Assembly (NCBI RefSeq): GCF_011386835.1
Contig: NC_088796.1
Span: 71,486,001-71,550,000, forward strand
Reading direction: 5' to 3'
DNA: 64,000 bases
Source of the DNA: Chrysemys picta bellii
Taxonomy: Eukaryota
Shown here: positions 21,123 through 34,179 of the stretch, one piece after another
How positions within the stretch are numbered: the stretch's first letter is position 1
Layout of the letters: each line of letters opens with the position of its first letter
Program-made: the position numbers and the translations under genes
The notes under the pieces: model-generated
Seen by the model: the letters and a program-made list of their open reading frames with translations, nothing else
Told to the model about the DNA's origin: nothing
The model's database searches: none

Positions 21123-23801
21123 GTATAGACCATACCATCCTCACCCCACTTGCAGAGCAAGGAGGAAGCAGGGAGGAGCAGTGATTCAGAGGTGTCTGAG
21201 TTACAGGTCTTCCCTTAGGCACAGCAGTTTATGCACCCCTCCTTGCTCAGGGTTGTAGCTTCAGTTACAATCTAGCTCTTTGGGACTATCCCTAAGACAC
21301 AATCCCAAGATCCAGGAAAATATCTGATGCTTGATCTTTAGTCTTCTCCTGTAGAAGTGATTTTAGTGCTGACGTGGGCTGTCACATGAATAGCTCCGGA
21401 AAATGGACTTCTCCATGGCAAGGATACAGCAAAGGTGGCAGCTGTGCAAGTTCCCCCCAGAACCCTGTACTGAGCCTCAAGCCAGTTCGAGAAGAATCAT
21501 TTCTACAGGTGAGGAGCCCTGTTGTCAGTCTTTGGGCCCAGTCAATCCTGGCTCTATTGGCTGCCAGCAAAAGGGTTCATTGGTTTTGATGAATTGGTAA
21601 GTGGTCTGAAACCGCTTCCTAATGTATTAATAGAGGCCACCAGCCATTCTGAAGCTCTTTGGATATTACTACTCTACGTTTCTTTTAGGATGGTTGAGAG
21701 AAAAAGAGACTGTGTCATTTTGCTTTCTCCTTTAGAAATGCTACATCATTTAAGAAGCATTTTTACTTGAAAAACAAACTGAAACCAATTATTTTTCTGG
21801 AAAATAAATCTGCACTTTCCTACTGACTATTTGTGGAATTAGCCTGTGAAGACAGGCATTTTCATTTGGTTTTCCCTACTGTAGCTCACTCCTTGTGCTT
21901 TCCGATGGTATATTTCAATACAGCAACATCTAGGTTCATAAACACAAATTAAAGTTAACTCCCGCATAGTGTCCCAAACATGACAGATCACCAGATTTTT
22001 GGCACGACAATGAAAATACACATGGATCTGTCCCCAAAATTTGTTTATATCTATCTAGCCAGCTAGTTAGTTATCATACTAAGCATGGTATCTGAGCACA
22101 TGGTGGCAGCATAATAGTGAATACCATACAAAAATGCCTTACTGTAATTGGTATGTGTGTCTACAGCACTTATCACAATGGGGCCCTGATCCCCATTTGG
22201 TGCCTCTTGGTGCCACCATAACACAAATAAATAATAATAAATTGAGTGGTAAAAGGGTTAGATGTATAGTGCCAGGCACAATCATGCTGTATATAAAAAT
22301 TGGGCCTTGTGAGCTAAATTCTGCAGAACTCTAATGCAAATGATATTTTTTTTAATTATGAACCTGGATAAATAAATATAATTGTCCTAATACAAATGTT
22401 TATACCCAAATAAAGTATTTTGTTGTTAGTTTTGCAGTTTAATAACCATCTTATTTGCCCTGTAAGTATCCAGATCACTTTATGTAACAGAAACCCATTT
22501 CGGATGTTTCCCTAGGTAGGAAACACAAGTAAAATGGAATATGTATGACCTAAATTACCTTAAAGAATGTATTTTACTGTAAGTTTTGCTGTCTTGGGAA
22601 GAGAAGGCTAGGAAATCACAGAATACCAAGACTAGAACTTTTGGGAGAGTACCATCATTAGCAAATGTATTTATATTCTTACGGTGTACTAGGATGAAAC
22701 AGGCAACTAGTGAGTATATGTAGGTTCTACATCAGAGCTGATTTTCACAGTTTTATTGCTGTTTCCAGGATAAAACTGGCAATGTGATACAAAATTAAAC
22801 TGAATGCCACTTAAATTAAATTGTGGTTACAGGGATGGAACTGTTATATTTATTGAGGTAAAAATTGCCCAAGCATGTAAATGTACAGAATGACTGTTTG
22901 GTTGTGATAATTAAAGTCCCAAGGCGTTAACTGCCATTTTGCTGCAAATCTTATATGGAAGAATTGCAATGTGAATTGTCCAATTAGCTCACCATGAGAA
23001 AGACTTGCATATCGACATGGAAGCAAGGATTATTTGAGGCTGTCTCTGATTTAAGAGACAGTCAAAGGAGAAAGACACAGATATATCATCATGCATACAG
23101 GCACATTGACAACATTCTCAAGGGCTAGAGCAACTTTTAGAAGGGATATGCAGGACAAGTAATTCAATCAATTTGTCTCTCTCGCAGCCCCAGCCAAATA
23201 GCAGGCCAGAAGAGCGCTCCTTTCCTTAAATAAAATGTTATTTTGTACAATGAAAAGAAAAGAGCAAGGAAAATGGTGTGTTTCATACACAGGGAAGAAA
23301 TTACAGCCTTGTGGGTTAACACAGTGGATGGAGACTCATGAGACCTAGATTCGGTTCCTGGCTCTGCAACATATTTACTATGGGGACCTTGGACAAGTTA
23401 CTTAAGGGCTAGATTTGCAAAGGGGGCATAGCCTCAGTGTTACAACACTTAACATTTAGGGGGCCCATCACTTAGTGAAATCCACAGTCCTGAGTTTGAT
23501 GCCCAGACTCCCTATACAATGATGGGGACAATTAGGTACTAAAACAGCATCTGCAAAAGCCAGCCAGCTGCACAGAATCTGGCTAAGCTAGCCAATAGGA
23601 AATGCTGAGGGGAGGGGCATGTGCCCTAAACCCTGCTCCTCAAAGGGAATTAGGTGCACAAGGCTAGCCCAGACTTAGACACTGTCCTTGGCTTGGTATT
23701 CCCAGTTGGGAATCCTTTCTTGGAGTTAGGTGCCTAACCCCTTCCTCACAAAAAAATGAGGAGGGGCTGCTCCCTTAAAACCTTTATCCCACTGGTTAAA
23801 C

Positions 23802-24109
23802 CAGTGGTTCTCAACCAGGGGCGGGGGATGCAGAGGTCTTCCAGGGGCTACATCAACTCAACTAGATATTTGCCTAGTTTTACAACCGGCTACATAAAAA
23901 GCACTAGCAAAGTCAGTACAAACTAAAGTTTCATACAGACAAATAAGAAAGTAAGCAATTTTTCAGTAATAGTGCACTGTGACACTTTTGTATTTTTATG
24001 TCTGATTTTGAAAGCAAGTAGTTTTTAAGTGAGGTGAAACTTGGGAGTATGCAAGACAAATCAGACTTCTGAAAGGGGTACAGTAGTCTGGAAAGGGTGA
24101 GAGCCACTG
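23802..24109. mobile_element. hAT MITE nested in the TIR element
   Basis: TIR cagtggttctcaacc / ggtgagagccactg; TSD degenerate (ggttaaac / gttagagc). Confidence 0.8.
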
Positions 24110-24829
24110 GTTAGAGCACTCTCCCAGCATGCGGGAGACATAGAATAAAATCCTTACTCTGATGTAGAGCAGAGATTCAAAGACTGGTCTCACACCCTCC
24201 AGGTGAGTGCACTAACCACTGAGTTATGGGGCATTCTAGGGAGCTGGTTTCTCAGTCTCTCCTGTTGAAGCTGTTCCACTTCAAAATAAATTTTATAAAA
24301 TGTATCAGTGTAAAATAAACTGTGTAAAATAAATTCAATAGTCATTGGAGCAGGACCTTGAACCTGCCTCTCCCATATCCCAGATAAGTGTTCTAAGCAT
24401 TGGGCCATAGAGACATTCACACTTTCTCACACAAAGAACAGTTCCCACAAGAGAGTGTCCCACACCAGCCTACCCCAGCCATTACAGCGCTCACCTGGGA
24501 GGTGGGAGACGTTGCTCCACATGAGGCAGAGGGAGGATTTGATTCCTATATCCTATTTGAGTGCTCTTATCACTGTGCTATAGGGTATAAGGAGGGTGGG
24601 GGAGGGGAGAGGAACCACCTCTGCCATTGTTTAGTGCAAGGCCCAGTCAGCAGCAACCTCTGACTATGGCTATCACCTCAGGCTCTGCATGTGAGACAGG
24701 CAGGGCAATGCCTAGTCTGCGGATCCTACTGGAGTTTAGGTACGAACAGGACATCAGGACTCAGATGGCTGAGCACATGCCCAGCAGCAGTAATTTTAGT
24801 GCCACAGTGACTTTACTGGCAGACACCTA

Positions 24830-24917
24830 GGGTGGGATTCACAGAGGTCCCTAGGTGCTTAATGCCAATTGAAATCAATTGGTGTGAGGTGCCTAAATGT
24901 CTTTGTGAATCCCACCT
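24830..24917. mobile_element. Short hairpin MITE nested in the TIR element
   Basis: gggtgggattcaca...tgtgaatcccacct with CTA on both sides and a central caattgaaatcaattg palindrome. Confidence 0.7.
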
Positions 24918-26106
24918 CTAAGGACTTTAGGTGCCTACAAGATTTGGCAGCAGCTGAGCAGGGGGTTTGAGGATCTACATTTTGGACTTAGGTACCTAAA
25001 GTGTCAGTTTGTCGCTCTAGCCCTTAATCTCTCCAGGCCTCAGTTCTCTAGCTATAAAATGGGGATGATACCTCTCCCTATTTCACTACAGTGGTGTGAG
25101 GACAGTTCAGGTGTGGTTGTTGGGGGCCCTGATACTATGGTGATGAGGGCCATAGAAGTACCTAGTTATCTGGCATATAAAAGGAAACACTAAAATAGTA
25201 TCACTGTTATTGCATTTTATTTACTTAAAGACTATAAAAAATTAATGATACATGAAATGCTGTAAGTGCTTTTCCTTTAGAAAGGGTGCACTATTTCAGA
25301 GGTAATTTAAGACGTGTATCCATTTGTGCGTTAAGCACTCACTTTAAAAGAAGGATTACATAGGGATTTACAGCTGAAATATGGATGTACCCTAGTTGTT
25401 TGTGACTATTGCAGACTGTGTATGGAGTATGCTGATTCCTCTGGTGAGATGACATACTACATTTGAGCCTTCCATCAGATTTGCATTATTTGAATATGCT
25501 GTGAATTATAAAGTCAAGAGAACAGAGTTGTAGTTTGAGAAGAGAACTTAATACTGAATTTTGATGTAGTGCTTTCAGAAGGATGTTCCTGTAATCTTAA
25601 ACATTTTCCCATTTACTGTAGATGACCCACTTGTTTTCAGGTGCTCAAACATTTGTCATTACTTACTTGACAGTCATTAAGCAAAATATTATACAAGTGA
25701 CTAGTATCTACCAGCCTATTCAGTGGCTTGAAGATGAGTTTTCCTTAGTTCTGATATAAATAACTGAACTGGAATGTCACAAATTTCATCAGCAGGTGAA
25801 GTCTTTGCATTTATGGGTGAAATCTTCACATTTACTGCCATGGGCTGTATTTAGGTCAGGCCATAGTAGCACTATAACATGAAGGCAAAAACAGAAGCGT
25901 AAGGACCTCAAGTGCACCAATAATGGGGACGATGATAGAAGCGTATGAGGAAAAGATGGAAGTAGTTTTGTTTTAAACAATGAGAAAACAGATATAGAAA
26001 AGATTGCATGCACTCCAGTGTGAAATGTATACATTTCAGGGGGCTAAGGGTATGATGCCAAGTCAACTAGAATCTTTTCACGGATTCCAAGGGGCTTTAG
26101 GCTCTA

Positions 26107-26345
26107 AGGTATGTCTACACCTGACTCTGGCCCATGGGCTGAGGAGCTGTTTAATTGCAATGTTGATGGGTGGGCTTGGGCTGGAGTCCAGCCTCTAGGA
26201 CCCTGCAAGGTGGGAGGGTTCCAGAGCTCAGGCTGTAGCCTGAGCCCAAACGCGTACATGGCAGTTAAACAGACCGTTAGCCTGAGCCCATGTCAGCTGG
26301 CACAGACCAGCCATGGGTTTTTAATTGCAGTGTGTAGACATACCC
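26107..26345. mobile_element. PIF/Harbinger-type MITE
   Basis: TIR ggtatgtctacac / gtgtagacatacc. Confidence 0.75.
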
Positions 26346-29300
26346 GCTATGGCTTAAGGGGATCAGGCATGAGATATAGTGCTGCTCACCTCTAGGTTGC
26401 TCATTAAAATCCAGCCAGTTTAGTTTGTTGCAACCAGAAGCCATTATCCTCTCACAACTGTATTGGCTTATGTGAAATAGGTTGATAGTCTCAGTCCAAT
26501 TCCGAGTAACAGTATTTGCATCACACTGTCAAATACAATGGTCATTTTAACTGCACACTTGTTGTCAATCTCAACAGCATCCAAGGACTGATTGGATAGG
26601 GAGGCTGAACTACTCTGTCTAACCAAGGGGGAGAGTGCAGATTTACTCTGCCCATGGAAGCTTGCATTGCTGGTACTTTTGCTGCAGTTGTTCTACATGA
26701 TAGAGGATTTCAGAACTGACATCATAAATGCATATTTAACTGGGGGGAAGGGGGAATTCTGTAATTGAATGTATTTCTTTCTACTTACCCTTACTGTGGG
26801 CATGCCCAACTTCCTGTTTGCTAATACCTCTAACATTGAAGTTATAGTTCTACAGGAGTCTTGGGCCCAACTGAACCACTACATGGAGTACAAAAAATGT
26901 CATTCATTCAGAGTTTGTGTGTGTCTGGTTGTGTGAGTCTTTCATTTCAAGCCAGTATCTCTGAAGGACTGTTTTGATACCCCATAACAATAGAATACAG
27001 GGTATGCTACAAAATAATCCAATTCCAAGTCTGTAACCAGCAGTCCACCTACCATTCTGCTTTTGCTTGTGTATAAATAACAAAGAAACCCTGACTGTAG
27101 CTATTTAGCCAGCTCTAAATATCTTGGTACCTCAGTAGATAAACAGAATGAAAGAAAAAAACTCTCGTTTTCTTTTTATCTAGATGGTCCCCCTCACCAT
27201 AGTATGTGAACTGACCACAGAGAAACTCGTTTAGCCTGAAATTTTAATGCATTCGTCCCATTAATAAAAGATTATGTCTTCATAGCTGCATCTATTCATA
27301 TTCTTTGTTTGTGTTACCAGTATAATTCAGTTGTTTATTCTATGCTGTTATGTTTCATATTTTCAGATGTATGCTCTCTCCTACAATTTCTGGTGTAACA
27401 AAACTATTTTTATATGATAAGGCACGCTCATCCTTGGTGTTCAGGAGCAGGAAGGAGAGGGATCAAATCTTTAACTGACGCAGGACTTTAAAAAGTCCAA
27501 CCTCCCATAATTTGAATGATTTGTCCTCTTCCTGGTAGTGTTTTCTCTGTTTTTGTATTCATCTCTTTAGCTGATAAATTGTGATGTAATTAATGGGGTT
27601 GTGTTTTTTATAACTTTTTCAGAATGACATAATTGAATTGTATATTTACCTATGGGCATTTTTTTTTAATTTAAAATGGATTTTATTATAAAAATACTGT
27701 GGAACTGTATATTATAATGGACTATTCTCTATCTTCATGTAAATGTAACACTTTTAAAATAGACTGGAACAGCTATCTGATTAGTATTCTTGTTTGTCAG
27801 CATTTCCTTCATTAACCTCTACCAAAATATGCCAAAGTAATGCTGAAACTGATGCTATATCCTCTGCTCAGGGTGTGATGTGATGTAATATCTAGGCATA
27901 TGGGCCCCCACTCCCTTTGTCATTGCTGCTACAGGAAGCTGCAATAGCCTGCAGTAGTATTTGTACATGTGATAGTGAGGATAATAGATCAAATCTACTA
28001 ACTCCGCACCTGCTCCAGACACTTCCTCTATGGAGTGGAGCCCAGGAAACTATATGTGGGTATCCTACCCCATATGAGAGCACCCCTTATACTTCTCACA
28101 AGAACCACATTGTTTCTTCTTCAAGTAGGGCTGTTTATACCCACAGAGGAGACAAGAGGGATGTGTTTGTCTGACAGCTGCCATCTTTGTCTTCACCTCT
28201 GAGCTTGTCCTGAGTGTCTGAGGCCCACAGTTGTTTGAATCCCAAATGTGGCCCCACTTAGGATAGCTGCCATCTTGGGCAATGTAGCAAAGGTTGAACT
28301 GTGGACCTGAGGCACTAAAGAGCTCTAGCTCTTTAATGGGGCCTGTAACAGACTCCTCCTCTGTGGACTGGACACCAAGGAGGACCTGTAGCACACATGC
28401 ACCAGTAGGCTACACTTGCTCCTAGATACAGATTACATGGGAATACGACTCAACTGTCAAATACAGTTAAAAATCTGTCTTCCCCAAAGGCATTCTTTTA
28501 GAATGCATGTCATAGTGTTTGAGGCAAAAAATAAACTAGGAATAACACTAATACTGATCTGGTAGTGGAAAGACTCTCATATTCCATAGGATGTTCAAAA
28601 AAGATGCACTGCACTTTTTTCTCATCTGTTTAAAAAAATTGAACACCTTATGAGTAGTCTTAGTCAAAATGTTATTGTTTCAAAAGCTCAGAGAGGCTTT
28701 AATAGCTCTTTCTACAATAAATGCAGCTTAAACATTTTTTCTTAGGAACAGTGGTCTACATTTAATGGAGGTGCTTATACATTATTTATTGATTTTTCCT
28801 TCACTTTGGCAGAAGTGATGGAACAATTGCATAGTATTGCCATGGATTATCTTTGCAGTACACAAAATTAATCAAATTGGAACAGATATGCAGATGCTCT
28901 TTGTAAGTAGTCATCTAATGCACACTTCAAGTGGATGGACATCTATTGGAGCAGTAAAGAAAGGTACTAAAGCCCCTACCTAGTCACTTCATGAGCTGAT
29001 GCCCAGCTACAGTGTGTATCACCATCATACAAAGCATAAGCCACTTTCCCCGTATTGATTCCTTTTGCTACACAGAGGGGTTGTGCTAACGCTGATATCT
29101 CCCACCAGGCTTCTGAACAGAGTGAGTCATTTTGGTTTCAGGTGTGATGCATTGTCTGCACTCAACTACAGTGTGTTTCTGTCCCTGAAATTCTTTGGTA
29201 CAGTACTTGCTAATCATTGTCTTGGCCAACACGTGACAGACCACCGAAAGGGAGTCCTTTATTTCCTAACAAAGCACTTTCCTTCGGTGAGGTGTCTTTG

Positions 29301-29984
29301 TGTGGGAGTAATCCTGTATTAGCACAGACTGATGAATAGGGAGAAAAGCAGGAGGTATGTACCAAAAAGAGTTCTTCAAAATTCACTTTTTTAAAAAAGA
29401 GCAACATTCATTATTCTGAGTGTCACTGTCAGTAAAAAAAAAAAAAAAATAGAGCTCTGCAAACAGTTTGACTCAACGTGCCAAAGTGCTTTTATGCACA
29501 TTTCACTTCATCTGCAAACCAGCAACAATTTATTTTCACTTTTAGCCAGGAAGTGACCTTATAATTATTATTAATATTACTGTAGCACTAAGAGACCTCA
29601 GCAAAGATCAGGGCCTCATTGTTTTTTACAAACATAGTGAGAGACAGTCTGTGTCCAGAAGAGATTATGATCTAAATAGGCAAGACAAACAAAGGGTTTG
29701 AAAGGAGGGAAGAGGCACAGAGAAGTCACAGAGCAGAGCAAGCAATAGAACCTAGTCTCTCTGCTCCCAAGCCAATGCTTTGGCCCGTAGACAACAGTGC
29801 CTCTCAAGAAAGCACTTTGCTCACTCAAGCCAATGAGTGTGCCAATAACTTGGATTATAGGCTTGCTTTTTGCTGGATCTGTTCAAGCTTCTGGTGGTGG
29901 TCCGTTTCCAGCTGAACCCAGTTCTGTTAGGCATGTGGGGCATGTCACATGGTGGAAGGCACATGGTATTCTCTTGTTTCACTG

Positions 29985-30082
29985 GTTTCAGAGTAGCAGC
30001 CGTGTTAGTCTGTATCCGCAAAAAGAAGAACAGGAGTACTTGTGGCACCTTAGGTGCCACAAGTACTCCTGTTCTTCTTCTT
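29985..30082. mobile_element. Penelope-like element terminus collapsed to a hairpin
   Basis: gtttcagagtagcagccgtgttagtctgtatccgc is a Penelope-type end recalled from turtle genomes; followed by a 28-bp perfect inverted repeat with a 1-nt loop. Confidence 0.7.
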
Positions 30083-31007
30083 GTTTCACGGAATGACTTA
30101 GCCTAATAAAGGAATCAGGAGGTCACACCACATCAGCAGAAGCTATTTGCAGATGGTGTCTCAAAGAGAAAAAGTGACATTTTTATCTGAGCTAGTTGGA
30201 ATAACCAAATGGTGTCAAAACTGCTGTCACCAGTTCTGAATTTGGTCTCCGTGTCCATTTGCTCAATGGTGTGGACCAGATCATACAACCTAGCCCTTAT
30301 AGGTTGCCTAGCGTTGTTAGTATGATGTCAGTTTGGCATTTACTATGGAATAGTTTCAGTTTGTCACCACTGCGGCATGTTGTCCTCAAGGGTGCAATGA
30401 CCTCACCACAGCAATAACAGTTTTGTGCTCATATATAGTGGGGGAAAGGAGCACTTTAAACGTGCCTTGCCCATTCGAAGGGAGCATATGCGTATTTGGT
30501 ATTTGCTACAGCTGATTTCTGAAAAGTCATGCCTACTTTTTCCATGCCCTGAACGAACCATAAGCTGTCACTGAGCACTTCATTATGCCTTCCCTGGTCC
30601 CCATCTGCTCATAACTGGAACGTGGGCCATAGGGTAGCACCTTTCTTAGTGTAACAGGCACTCAGTTTTGAGATGGGAGGGGGGGTAAGTGCACCTTCTT
30701 TGTCAAAAAGCAAGACGTGCAACAGAGGAATTCATGCACCATTAGGTCTCAAGCTTGGATATTTGCCTGGATTAATAAGTCATATGTGTCTGGTTCCTAT
30801 TGCCTGATTATTTTATATGACTCTGATTTCATTCCTCTAGCAAGAAATACAAGGACCGTGAACCAGCCGATTACCACGTAAGCCCTGGGTGGAGGCTAAA
30901 CTGCAACTTAAGTAAGTGGTTCATTGCCTTTGTGCTGGGTTTTTGCAAGGGGAAGAATTTTCCTCATAGTTCTTAGTGGTTGATTTGTTACCTGCTTCTG
31001 ATGTTTT

Positions 31008-31243
31008 ACAGAAATGTAGGGCTGGAAGGGGGCTGGAGAGATTTTCAAGTCCAGACCCCCCGCTACACTCCTCCCTGCCCCACCCCCAAAGCAGCACCAA
31101 GTAAGTCTAGACCAGCCCTGACCCCTGTTTGTCAAACCTGTTCTTAAAAACTTCCAGTGCTTGGGCTTCCACAACCACTCTTTGAAGCCCATTCAAGAAC
31201 TTAACTACACTTACAGTTAGCTTTTTTCCTAATATCTAATCTA
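31008..31243 (-). mobile_element. Degraded CR1 3' fragment
   Basis: gggctggaaggg...aagtccagacccc...ttcttaaaaacttccag...ttcctaatatctaatcta; minus ORF LKISPAPFQP tail. Confidence 0.7.
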
Positions 31244-32476
31244 ATTTTTCACCTTTTAGATTATAGTGCTCTGTGGAATAAGAGGCTAAAATGTATCAGT
31301 TTAGAAGTCTATTTGTTACCCCCTGAAAAAGACTTAGCTTTTCATCCTGATGTATGCAGGACTTTTGCAATCAAAACTTTGATTATCTTATCAAATGATG
31401 CAATATTACCAGTTCTGCTGGCTCAATAATACATTTTAATGGTTTGTTTATGTGCATGGGATGGCCCCCCAAACTGCACACAACTTCATCTTTACTATTG
31501 AATGTATAAATAAATAGAGAGCGACTAAATGCCTTTACTTGTGTTAGGCTTTATTTTGCAATGTAGCTGTAGGCCATGGCATGTTGTTGTTTCTGCACTT
31601 CACTTAGCTGATTATTTGCCTTTTGTATTTAAAGAGAAAAAAAGTTGTTAAAATGCCTGGCTAGATTCTGCTACTGTAATTCAGGGGACCAAGAATAAAG
31701 GTCTGTTGCAAATGGGTTACAGAGGCACATGCAACCCGCACTCCGGGGATGGGCACAATACCAAGTACTGCAGTCCCCACAATGGGTTAGAAGTCTGGAG
31801 AGCGGATGTAGTGAGGGTGACCAAGGGGTATACATTCACCAAGCAGTCTTGGCTGGTTAGAGTCCGGTGGAGCCTTGCCTGCAATTTAAAGTTGACTGAC
31901 TTGTTGAAACGTCTAAGAGAATAGCAGTTCTAGCACTGCCTGCCATCCATGCCCCAGGGATGAATGTCTCTTCAGTTACAACGCCCCAAGACTGATGCTC
32001 TTTTGCAATCTTCCTATGTGAGCAAAGGCAGATGAAGCCAATATGTTTTACATGAAGAGTGACAGAAATATTATGTTCACCAACTTACATGCAACAATCA
32101 GAAAAAGACTAATGCAAACCCAATCCCCTCCCTCTTTCCTTTGTTAGGACCACATCTTCAGCTGATGTAAGTTGACATAGTTCCACAAACTTCAACTGAT
32201 ATCAGCTCAGGATCTGGTCTGTAGGGCCTGACCTCAAATCCACAGAAGTCAGCTCAATGACTTCCATTGTCTTCCTTGGGCTTTGCATCAGGCCCTTAAC
32301 TTGGAGGGCTATAAAAATTGTGAGGAATGTTGAACCAAAATTTAACCGCTTCAGTTAGCCTTAGCCTTCACTCCCTAAGCCTTAATTTAGAGCTTTGATC
32401 TATTGATCCATTGAACTGATAATTTTAGTCATGTCTCTTTTTTTACTATCCCTTAGATTTTGAATAATAATCCTGT

Positions 32477-32500
32477 TCTCTCTCTCTCTCTCTCTCTCTC
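32477..32500. repeat. (TC)12 microsatellite
   Basis: Direct read. Confidence 0.95.
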
Positions 32501-33573
32501 AATTCCCGTCAACTTCTACACCAACTGCCTTTGCTTTTCAAGCTCTTACTTGGGAACTTGAGTCCTTGGAGTTTTGCAGCGCTGATATCACTTTCCATGG
32601 AGAGAAAGCAGTGGGGAAGACCTAACAAGCTGTAACTCCCCTAGGAAAAGTAGCGACATGGACTCCAAAACAAAACTAATCTCAAATAACAGGAGAAGGA
32701 AAAAGCATTCATGCTAATTAGGGGCCCTGAATTGCAGGATAAAACAATCACATTAGAAAATGTTTTTGTGACTTGAGACAGTATACAAAGAATGTCAAGC
32801 TGTTTGCAGATTATAAGCAGCAGCTGTAGAGTGAAGGAAAGAAAAAGGGTCTCTGACTACCACTGCCACTTGCATATTGCCAGGCATAATCTTCTGGTAG
32901 CAGATACTGAATAATTCCCAGTGTCAACAATTTAAATATTAAAACCAGTTTCATCATGGCAGCTTGTACAAGCTCAGCAGCCTGTCTGTTTACATGCAGC
33001 TAGCTTTTTCACAGCTATCAACTTTTTTGTTACTAAACCTCAGAGAAAGGTGGGTTTCTCCCGTAACAACAGAGCAACCGATTAAGAGAGGGTTGTCTGA
33101 AGGGTGATAAATATAGTATAGGTTTTCAAACCAGTCATGTACATGTTGGCATTTGCTTACAAAGCAGCTGATCTTGAAACACAAGAGTACATATCATTCA
33201 TACATGTCCTGTATGGGGCCTTTAAAGACCAATTTGAAAAATGTTGTACATCTGTTTCCAATTAATAACAGAGTAAGCTATCACATAACATCAAGTTAGG
33301 GCTTGTGTTACTATTAATAGAAGGGACAGGAGAGTTCCTAGCTTAACAGATGAAGCCATGGCGTTTCACCTCTGGAATCTATGTACTGCACATTCATATG
33401 CTAAAGTACCATACACAATTTACATTTTCTAGCAGCAGTTCTTTAGGAGTTACTGAGGCCTGGTCTATACTACACAGTTACATTGACGCAAGGCAGCTTA
33501 CGTTGACTTGGTAGGCACGTGCACAACTCTCAAATTGGTCTCCCATTTTTAAGCGCCTCATTAAGCAGACTTA

Positions 33574-33882
33574 CTGTACATCCACACTACCCGCTGGATG
33601 GGCGGGGTAGCGATCGATCTATTGGGGATCGATTTCTCGCATATCATCTAGACGCGATAAATCGATCCCTGAACACGCTCCCCATCGACTCCGGAACTCC
33701 ACCAGGGTGAGAGGCAGAAGCGGAGTTGACGGGGAAGCCGCGGCCGTCAATCCCGTGCCGTGAGGACAGGAGGTAAGTCGATCTAAGATGCGTCGACTTC
33801 AGCTACGCTATTCTCGTAGCTGAAGTTGCATATCTTAGATCGATTTCCCCCCTCCCCCCCCGCCCCAGTGTGGACTAGGCCC
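33574..33882. mobile_element. CpG-rich Harbinger-type MITE nested near the left end
   Basis: tccacact...agtgtgga termini; internal hairpins gatcgatctaag...cttagatcgat and cttcagctacg...cgtagctgaag. Confidence 0.7.
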
Positions 33883-34179
33883 ATAGTAACACAACCTTCC
33901 TGAGCAGCGTAGAGCTTTGGTTGATGCACTTAGGGTCACCATAAGTAACACATTATCTACACTTGCACTGCGTTGACCTAACTGTCCTTGAGCATCTGTC
34001 TCACAATGCCCACACTGACTGCGCTGGTCACCATTGTGAACTGCACTGTCCAGGGGTCACAGAGACCAGAAGATGCCCCCACACACACCCTATAAAGTCC
34101 TGTAGATCTTTCAATGCCTTCTCCTGGTTGTCCAGCTTGGGAAGCACACATAACAGCACATTGTTGAGTGCAACTGCCC

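Larger units (their letters stand above)
23406..25023. mobile_element. Non-autonomous TIR element carrying tRNA-like cassettes (superfamily uncertain)
   Basis: Ends GGGCTAGA...TCTAGCCC; TTAA on both sides at a reconstructable empty site; repeated taggtgccta/taggcaccta subterminal motifs; five tRNA-like monomers inside. Confidence 0.7.
23292..25165 (+). mobile_element. MIR-like SINE split by a 1.6-kb insertion
   Basis: Left half ends gacaagttacttaa; right half resumes ttaatctctccaggcctcagtt...ataaaatgggg, restoring the core when joined. Confidence 0.75.

Noticed and set aside
20167-21222. Long Pro/Gly-rich ORFs (also 35573-36466, 37779-38352, 41329-41801, 46684-47093)
   Set aside because: Low-complexity GC-rich interiors of non-autonomous hAT elements, not genes.
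24110-24583. Functional tRNA genes
   Set aside because: Monomers are short and degenerate, with no complete cloverleaf or acceptor stem; treated as tRNA-derived cassettes.
29329-29346. CTGATGA...GAAA hammerhead-like core
   Set aside because: The intervening ataggga cannot form stem II and no flanking stems were found.
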